Positions 1 through 5,592 of a DNA stretch of 5,592 nt are shown here, piece after piece. Under the pieces are notes generated by a model. That model was given only the letters and a program-made list of their open reading frames with translations. It searched no databases and was not told the origin of the DNA. Source of the stretch: Octopus sinensis. Lineage: Eukaryota. Where the stretch lies: the NCBI RefSeq assembly GCF_006345805.1, contig NW_021829989.1:1-5592 (forward strand), in the 5' to 3' direction. The position numbers and the translations under genes were made by a program. How positions within the stretch are numbered: position 1 is the first letter of the stretch; every line of letters starts with the position of its first letter.

Positions 1-120
1 GAGGCAAAGTTGCGTCTTCACTAACATCTGTTTGCGTTGAGGAGTCAAAACAGCGGGAAATTGTGGGTTTTCGCCATACAGATTCAACGGCCTCCGCTTT
101 TGACCATACAGTTTCTTGGA

Positions 121-583
121 GAAGCATCTCTTGGAGAAGTTATCATGCGAATTGAAAGGTTAGCAAATACAAAACTGAACGGAGTTAACCTGTTCAAAGT
201 AATTAGCGCTCTCTAATTGTACAACTATTAGATCGGATTAGTCGATATCGATCTATTTGAATATGAAATGGTGAATGATACGATTCGGGCAGAATTAACA
301 AAATACATCTTCGACTGGCGAACAAATAAAGATTATACCTCCCCCGTAACAATCTTGGAAGAGGATTTAACTCAATTTCTTTTCTAAATGAACGCATGCT
401 TTTTGGATTCCTTACGGACTAAAAAACCGAAGTGGTTTCTGCAAAAGAAACTTTTCGATTCTTCAGGCCGAAATGCTGGAACAAACTTATCTAGCCACTC
501 TTGAAAAGTACTTGAAGCATAAATATTTACTTAAGAATCAGTTTTACTTAAAAAAAACTGTTGGTCGGTGCCCAGAACAAGTA
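121..583 (+). pseudogene. Decayed RLE-type non-LTR retrotransposon (R4/Dong-like), 5' fragment: post-RT thumb/linker region
   Basis: Manual translation (absent from the ORF track): from 145 MRIERLANTKLNGVNLFKVISAL*LYNY*IGLVDID...IRAEL; after a frameshift HLRLANK*RLYLPRNNLGRGF (RLYLPR starts at 330), matching the RLYLPRxxGGRGL motif of R4/Dong-like elements; then ...SILQAEMLEQTYLATLEKYL...LVGAQNK. Several stops and frameshifts. The 5' boundary is approximate. Confidence 0.8.
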
Positions 584-704
584 CAGTGAAACCTCTCGAA
601 TCCGCTGCTTCTCGAATCCGCCGCTTCTCGAATCCGCTTATTTTAATCAAAAATTTGAAATTTCCTATGAATGATTCTTGAATCCGCTTGTTTCTCGAAT
701 CCGC
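584..704 (+). repeat. Left TIR plus subterminal direct repeats of CTCGAATCCGC
   Basis: CTCGAATCCGC at 595-605, 611-621 and 627-637 (16-bp period), variant CTTGAATCCGC at 677-687, and another copy at 694-704. Confidence 0.93.
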
Positions 705-780
705 TCCTCAAGTATTATGAAAAATAATTTTTTAATTAACATTTTAAAATTTTCATTACACGTTAAATTGTATTTTTGTG

Positions 781-1616
781 ATGCGTCGTTGTGTTAGACT
801 TTCTATCAACGAAAAAATTTCTATACTACGTTATATTTCTGACAACCCATTTGTTTCTGCACCTCAAATTTCCAGGATTTTTTCTTCACGATAAAAAAAA
901 ATTTTAACGAGAACTATAAACGACCTTAAATCAATATCGGACCTTTTGAATAGGACTGATATCAAAAAATTAAACATAATGAGAATTCCAAAACTCAAAT
1001 TTAATGAAATTGATGTAGCGATGATAACATGGATTGACTTAATGGAATCTAGTGAAAGCTCTTAAATTTGGAAAAATGATCCAGAATTTAAAGCAAGTCG
1101 TGGGTGGCTAGAAAAGTTTAAATTACGAAATGGTATCAAGTTAAGAAAATTTCATGGAGACAGTGGATCAGTAAATCATGATGAAAAATCTATTGCTGAT
1201 TTTAATGAAACAATCAGTTTAAAAATTGAACAATATGGATTGGACAATGTTTATAATTCAGATGAAACTGGTGTTTGTTACAAGGCGATTTCTTCTAAAA
1301 GTGTGTGCACTAAATCAAGGCCTGGAATAAAGTTGTCGAAAGATCGATTTTCTTTACTATTATGCACAAATTGTTCTGGTTCCGATAAAAAAAGGCCTAT
1401 AATGATAGGAAGATTCAAAAGTGCAAGATGTTTTTAAAATTTCAACATTGAAAAATATTTTACCTACACCAAATCAATAAGACATCGATGAACCGTGAAA
1501 TTTTTAACAAGTGGCTCAGTTATTTTGATTGTGAACTTGCGAAGAAAAAAGAAAAAATCTACTTGAAATAGATAAATGATCTCGAAAATATTATGCGAAT
1601 TGAAGAAATGTTATAA
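781..1616 (+). pseudogene. pogo/Tigger (CENP-B/DDE_1-like) transposase pseudogene
   Basis: Frame from ATG 781: MRRCVRLSINEKISILRYI... (HTH-like), stop 892-894, ...KFNEIDVAMITWID..., stop 1063-1065, FKASRGWLEKFKLRNGI..FHGDSG (CENP-B-type HTH signature), VYNSDETG (first catalytic D), SKDRFSLLLCTNCSGSDK, stop 1435-1437, then frameshifted MNREIFNKWL and LLEID (second D region). The third-D region is missing. ORF 1240..1437 is a piece of this. Confidence 0.92.
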
Positions 1617-1733
1617 AATTTTTGATATTTTGAATATAAATAATTTTATGTATTCAGTCATTTGTATATAAAAAGAAATATTTAATCTATATTGTAAGCT
1701 CATGTTTCAACTATAAAATATTATTTTAATTGC

Positions 1734-1811
1734 CTCTCGAATCCGCCGATTTCTCGAATCCGCCGATTTTTTGGTCGGTCCCAAAATCGGCGGATTAGAG
1801 AGGTTTTACTG
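1734..1811. repeat. Right subterminal direct repeats plus right TIR, forming a local inverted repeat
   Basis: CTCGAATCCGCCGATTT at 1736-1752 and 1753-1769. Positions 1753-1770 pair with 1783-1800 (17/18) around a 12-nt loop TTGGTCGGTCCC. TIR at 1790-1811. Confidence 0.93.
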
Positions 1812-2161
1812 TACTTACTTTACCAGATTTTTTCAAAATGTCTTCACTCCATCTTATAAAAAATGCTACGGAGGATTTTGTGAATGTCAACAACTCTAGT
1901 CACTGATTGGCCAAAGGCAATAACTCACCACGATCTAAAGGCTTATTCTGTCTCGTGCAAGATATAAATTTATTCTTTGCAGAACATAACTCAATGTGTT
2001 CCCACTGCATGAAATAAAAGAAGACCGTCGATCACTGTGCCACTAGATGTGAGAAGATATTACATGGGGATTATGTCAGGAGGCACGATGAATTAGTGAG
2101 ATGCTTTCATTTTTGTCGAGAATTTGGACTCAAGAATGATAAAAAACTCAAAACACACTAG
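1812..2161 (+). pseudogene. Decayed RLE-type non-LTR retrotransposon, 3' fragment with CCHC zinc knuckle and RHD motif; endonuclease domain missing
   Basis: Continues the upstream fragment across the TA (AQNK-YLLYQIFSKCLHSIL*), then after a frameshift SSH*LAKGNNSPRSKGLFCLVQDINLFF..MCSHCMK*KKTVDHCATRCEKILHGDYVRRHDELVRCFHFCREFGLK..KLKTH*. The C-x2-C...H-x4-C knuckle is at 1997-2050 and RRHD at 2078-2089. No PD..D endonuclease motif follows. Confidence 0.88.
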
Positions 2162-2266
2162 ATGTAGCGATCAAAAGAAGTTTAATTAATATCTTGATTT
2201 GTATTAAATTATTAAACATTAGTCATTATTAAAATTAATTTTATTTGGAAAACCTAATGTATTAAT

Positions 2267-2283
2267 AATTACCAATAATTGTT
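2267..2283 (+). repeat. 5' target-site duplication of the CRE-like element
   Basis: AATTACCAATAATTGTT is identical to 5548-5564 (15 bp if the two leading A's are counted as tail). Confidence 0.93.
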
Positions 2284-2336
2284 CATTTTAACCAAAATTC
2301 AGAAAATTTTTCGGATTTTAGCACGCTGTGGTGTGT

Positions 2337-2512
2337 CCTTTTTTTCTATTATATTCATCCTTCGTATCTTTGTTCACTTTTTCTCATCTTTCCATCTCTT
2401 TATTACCTCTTACTCTCACTCTTAGCCCCTTTTCTATCTTTCCTATCCTCTCTTACTCTTTTTCTTTTTTCATTTCATTTCTTTTCACTCATTCTGTTTT
2501 TTTCTTATATCC
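2337..2512 (+). repeat. Pyrimidine-rich low-complexity tract in the 5' UTR of the retroelement
   Basis: About 175 bp of T/C runs with only a handful of G on the + strand. CTCTTACTCT occurs at 2407-2416 and 2450-2459. The tract ends immediately before ATG 2513. Confidence 0.85.
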
Positions 2513-4855
2513 ATGACACCCAAAACTTCACAACCACCCAGTTGTTTACTTCGTGAACCTACACTTTGCAGGCATTGCCTGTCTTCAGCCCCCAGAAAGA
2601 ACGCACTTCGCTGCTCCTCTTGCGACGAGTATTTCCACCTGTATTGCCTAAATATCCGTAAACGCGAGGCTATGGCACTAAAATGCTGGCTATGTCCCTC
2701 TTGCCTACCTCAGCCTCGCAGAAATCCAAAAATCCCCACCCGGAAACCCCCCGCGGACGCTATTTGCCTGGACGTATTTTCCGCAGAAGATGTCCTCCTC
2801 GCAATTTCCTCGCTCCGCCGCAGCCGCTTTGTGCTCGGAAAAATCCCTAAGGCCGCCCGGCCGCTGGCATCCGAATCTTTGGCCTCTCTAATAAATGACA
2901 TCTTTCTCTCTTCATCCAAATCCACTTGGGTCAGAATCTTCCTATTTCCTCTTCTTGCACTAGGTCTCAGTTACGACCACGAGAAATCAGATCGCTCTCT
3001 CGCCACATCCGTCAAAAACAACATCTCGGACTTTATGGAACAATCAGCTAAGGACGAGTTTCTAAGCTCGATCCTTGCCAGTCATGTCGAAGCCGCAAAG
3101 CGCTTCAATCCCGACGATAGTACAAACGCCGGTACTTCAGGCCTTGACACCGCCTCTCTTGGGCCTCGTATCTTGTCCAAATTGATCGAGGGCGACACCA
3201 GAGCTGCTATGAGAGTTCTGGCTTCCAATAGCGGAGTACTCCCATCGTCCAAAAACGTTATCAACACTTTGAAGTGCAAACACCCCCCCGCCCCTGTAGA
3301 CCTCAGGCCTTTTCCATCCGTCGATTCCACGCCCTCCCCCCCGATACTCACCAACGATGCGATCTTCCGCGCTCTCAAATCTTTTTCACCTAGCAGCAGT
3401 GCAGGCATTGAGGGGCTCCGCCCCAGTCACCTTCGCAACCTCATTTCTCCCTTGATCGGCCCAACAGGCTCGCTGCTCCTAACCTCGATCACGGAACTTG
3501 TCAACAACCTTTTATCTTCAAACTTGTCCGCATTCGCTCGTGGACTCATTTTCTCCGCCCATCTGCTTCCTTTTTCCAAAAAAGACGGCGGAGTTCGTCC
3601 TATCGCCGTCAGGAACATTTTCCGACGCCTGGCTTCAAAGCTCGCCTGCTGGTCGGTCTCCCCGGAACTTGCAAAAGCTTTCCTCCCGTTACAGCTAGGA
3701 GTTGGGGTTCCCTCAGGCTGCGAGGCAGCGGTGCATGCCGCCAGACGCTTTGTGACCGAGAGTTTACATCCCCGAATTCTAGTCAAACTAGACATTACCA
3801 ACGCATTTAACAGTGTCCGCCGCGACTCTGTGCTGGAATCTTGCTTTCTTCGTTGCCCATCCATTTATCGGTTCGTGCACCAAAGCTACGGCTCTCCTAC
3901 TCTTCTTATCTCCGGCTCTTCTACCATTATTTCCGCCACCGGTGTTCAACAGGGCGATCCTCTCGGCCCTCTCCTTTTTTCGCTGGCCATCGATGAAGCG
4001 GTCCGCTCGTGCACTTCTGAGCTCAACGTCTGGTACCTCGACGACGCCTCCATTGGAGGCCCGGCCGATAGTGTTGTAAATGACCTGAACAATGTGGCTC
4101 CGATACTGGCTTCTATAGGCCTTACCGTGAACCCACAAAAATCAGAGATTTTCAATATTGGATACGACCATGCACTCTTTACTCAGGAAATCCAGCCCCT
4201 GTTCGACCATCATCTCCCAGCCATACGCACCGTTCTGTCCGAAGAACTTACTCTTCTCGGTACGCCTCTATTCTCGTCCGGAATCCCATCTTTCCTCCGC
4301 GCTAAACTTCTTAATATGGAAAAATCATTCGACACTCTTAAATCCATCGACGCCCATGTGGCTTTCTTTCTACTGAGGAACTTTCTTGCTTTTCCTCGTT
4401 TGGAGTACGCACTTCGCACTTCTCCCTGTTTCCGATTCCCGGATGCAGTCGGAGAATTCGATTCGCTGCTCAGGAATACTCTCGTTCAAATCTCAAACGT
4501 ACATTTTGACGAAATGGGCTGGAAACAGGCTATCCTGCCTATCAGGCACGGGGGTCTCGGATTCCAAGCCCCCTCGGTCCTCTCCTTGCCATGCTTTCTT
4601 TCTTCCTCTCACCGATGCATGCCTCTCGTAGTCCAGATCCTTCCTCCTCCCTCTGGATCGCTCACGGACTCAGAGCTTTCATACGGCACATCGTTGTGGA
4701 CAGATTGCGGACTAAAAACTCCCGTTGACCTATGCCTTATGCGCGAGTGGACGGAGATCAGCAGCTCTCAGTCTTTCCGGTACTTACTGTCTCACGGAGA
4801 CCAACACCGGCGTGCTTGTCTGTTGTCCAGAGCATCCCCACGGACTGGCGCCTAG
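2513..4855 (+). CDS. Retrotransposon protein, N-terminal part: PHD finger plus non-LTR reverse transcriptase (780 aa, ends at a premature TAG)
   Basis: C4HC3 PHD pattern C19,C22,C34,C37,H42,C45,(W59),C61,C64 at 2567-2704. RT catalytic aspartates in KLD (GAC 3791-3793) and YLDD (4034-4045). QQGDPLGPLLF motif and thumb motif LPIRHGGLG present. Confidence 0.93.
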   Translation: MTPKTSQPPSCLLREPTLCRHCLSSAPRKNALRCSSCDEYFHLYCLNIRKREAMALKCWLCPSCLPQPRRNPKIPTRKPPADAICLDVFSAEDVLLAISSLRRSRFVLGKIPKAARPLASESLASLINDIFLSSSKSTWVRIFLFPLLALGLSYDHEKSDRSLATSVKNNISDFMEQSAKDEFLSSILASHVEAAKRFNPDDSTNAGTSGLDTASLGPRILSKLIEGDTRAAMRVLASNSGVLPSSKNVINTLKCKHPPAPVDLRPFPSVDSTPSPPILTNDAIFRALKSFSPSSSAGIEGLRPSHLRNLISPLIGPTGSLLLTSITELVNNLLSSNLSAFARGLIFSAHLLPFSKKDGGVRPIAVRNIFRRLASKLACWSVSPELAKAFLPLQLGVGVPSGCEAAVHAARRFVTESLHPRILVKLDITNAFNSVRRDSVLESCFLRCPSIYRFVHQSYGSPTLLISGSSTIISATGVQQGDPLGPLLFSLAIDEAVRSCTSELNVWYLDDASIGGPADSVVNDLNNVAPILASIGLTVNPQKSEIFNIGYDHALFTQEIQPLFDHHLPAIRTVLSEELTLLGTPLFSSGIPSFLRAKLLNMEKSFDTLKSIDAHVAFFLLRNFLAFPRLEYALRTSPCFRFPDAVGEFDSLLRNTLVQISNVHFDEMGWKQAILPIRHGGLGFQAPSVLSLPCFLSSSHRCMPLVVQILPPPSGSLTDSELSYGTSLWTDCGLKTPVDLCLMREWTEISSSQSFRYLLSHGDQHRRACLLSRASPRTGA

Positions 4856-5506
4856 ATCAACGCCTATCCTTCCCCTGCAGCTGGAACCTTCCTGGACCCA
4901 GACTGTTTAAGAATCGGAATATCTCTCCGACTCGGCTTGGACATTTGCCAGCCTCACCAATGCCGTTGCGGGGCTCATATAGACCGCAAAGGTCTACACC
5001 CGCTCTCCTGCCGCAAATGCCCTGGGAGGTTCCCCAGGTACGGACAGCTTAATTCCATAATAAAGCGTCTGCTCGAGGCAACCGGCATCCCGTGCCAGCT
5101 GGAGCCCTCTGGCCTTAACAGGGGCGATGGCAAGAGGCCGGACGGCGTCTCGCTCTTCCCGTTCAAGTGCGGCAAAGCGATCGTCTGGGACGCGACATGC
5201 TCTGACACTTTTGCGTCAACATGCCTTCTCGCGTCCGCGATCGAGGCTGGCACAGCGGCGAGGAGGGCAGAGACCCGGAAGAAAGACAAGTACGCCTCGC
5301 TCGCCGACAGATTCCTCTTTGTGCCTGTTTCAGTCGAAACATCAGGCACATTCGGCCCAGCCACGCTACGTTTTCTCACCGAGAGAGGCCGTCACCTCGG
5401 GAGGATTAGAAACGACCCCCGCGAGGTCAATCGGCTTTTTGAGCGCGTCTCAATAGCCGTACTCAGGGGGAACAGTTTCTCTATTCTCTCTGCGGCTAGT
5501 AGCTGA
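4856..5506 (+). pseudogene. Retrotransposon protein, C-terminal part (same frame, after the stop): CCHC knuckle plus restriction-like endonuclease
   Basis: In frame with 2513 ((4937-2513)/3 = 808). It reads [54 protein letters not shown] (4961-5011), KRPDG (D at 5141-5143), WDAT (D at 5189-5191), AETRKKDKY, FVPVSVETSG and RGNSFSIL. The ORF-track start at 4937 is an internal TTG (Leu) codon. Confidence 0.92.
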
Positions 5507-5538
5507 CTTCCTGTTCCATTTTCTTCTCTTTCGAAATT

Positions 5539-5549
5539 AAAAAAAAAAA
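5539..5549 (+). other. Poly(A) tail of the retroelement
   Basis: A11 run, 32 bp after the TGA stop and directly abutting the 3' TSD. Confidence 0.88.
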
Positions 5550-5564
5550 TTACCAATAATTGTT
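5548..5564 (+). repeat. 3' target-site duplication of the CRE-like element
   Basis: AATTACCAATAATTGTT is identical to 2267-2283. Confidence 0.93.
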
Positions 5565-5592
5565 AATTCATTTTGTTATTGGTGTCTGTTTT

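Larger units (their letters stand above)
584..1811 (+). mobile_element. pogo/Tigger-family (Tc1/mariner superfamily) DNA transposon, non-autonomous internally deleted copy, 1228 bp
   Basis: TIRs: CAGTGAAACCTCTCGAATCCGC (584-605) versus reverse complement of 1790-1811, CAGTAAAACCTCTCTAATCCGC (20/22 identical). TA on both sides (582-583, 1812-1813). CAGT termini are typical of pogo-like elements. Internal transposase remnant present. Confidence 0.95.
2284..5549 (+). mobile_element. Apparently full-length CRE-like non-LTR retrotransposon (single ORF: PHD-RT-CCHC-RLE)
   Basis: Bounded by the TSD, with a ~230-bp 5' UTR, one reading frame 2513-5506, a ~32-bp 3' UTR and an A11 tail (5539-5549). RT motifs RPIAV..FRRL, QLGVG, LDITNAFNSV, GVQQGDPLGPLLF, WYLDD, LPIRHGGLG and C-terminal RPDG..WDAT..VET.G..RGN match CRE-clade elements as I recall them. 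The clade call is not tree-verified. Confidence 0.9.

Noticed and set aside
203-397. 64-aa minus-strand ORF
   Set aside because: It is antisense to the recognisable + strand RLYLPR retroelement remnant and has no independent support.
561-577. TTGGTCGGTGCCCAGAA outside the left TIR resembles TTGGTCGGTCCCAAAA (1771-1786) inside the right end
   Set aside because: The outer copy reads as coding sequence of the old retroelement (LVGAQN) and is in frame across the insertion. The inner copy is the transposon's hairpin loop. Coincidence is most likely.
594-704. Short regularly spaced repeats resembling a CRISPR array
   Set aside because: The units are 11-16 bp with ~5-bp gaps and no unique spacers. 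They are part of transposon ends in a eukaryotic context with no cas genes.
2328-2516. 62-aa hydrophobic ORF (F/S/L-rich) as a membrane peptide or ORF1
   Set aside because: It starts at GTG and is a by-product of the pyrimidine tract, which lacks stop codons and encodes F/S/L/P.
145-4855. Alternative genetic code (TAA/TAG reassigned) explaining the in-frame stops
   Set aside because: The stops fall where different residues are expected (W, E, K, Y), TGA also interrupts a frame, and the older elements carry frameshifts. Decay explains them better.
2513-4855. Bacterial RT system (retron, group II intron, DGR) or LTR/telomerase RT
   Set aside because: The PHD finger, CCHC-RLE C-terminus, poly(A) tail and TSD identify a eukaryotic non-LTR retrotransposon. 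There are no LTRs, integrase or protease.
2710-5379. Series of minus-strand and alternative-frame ORFs overlapping the retroelement ORF
   Set aside because: These are shadow ORFs of a GC-rich coding region. They are broken by stops and have no recognisable motifs.

Overview
Eukaryotic transposon nest with no recognisable host gene. There are three elements on the + strand. (1) A heavily decayed RLE-type non-LTR retrotransposon fragment (R4/Dong-like; RT thumb to CCHC knuckle) at ~121-583 and 1812-2161. (2) A pogo/Tigger-family DNA transposon (584-1811) inserted into it at a duplicated TA, with 22-bp TIRs, subterminal repeats and a broken, internally deleted transposase. (3) A GC-richer, apparently full-length and much younger CRE-like non-LTR retrotransposon (~2284-5549) with a 15-17 bp (possibly ~27 bp) target-site duplication, a pyrimidine-rich 5' UTR and a poly(A) tail. 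Its single reading frame (2513-5506, 997 aa if read through) encodes PHD finger - RT - CCHC knuckle - restriction-like endonuclease and is split by one in-frame TAG at an expected Trp. The most notable points are the PHD finger fused to a single-ORF RLE retrotransposon and a target site that lies in an inverted repeat. All family assignments come from motif recognition by eye; no searches were run.
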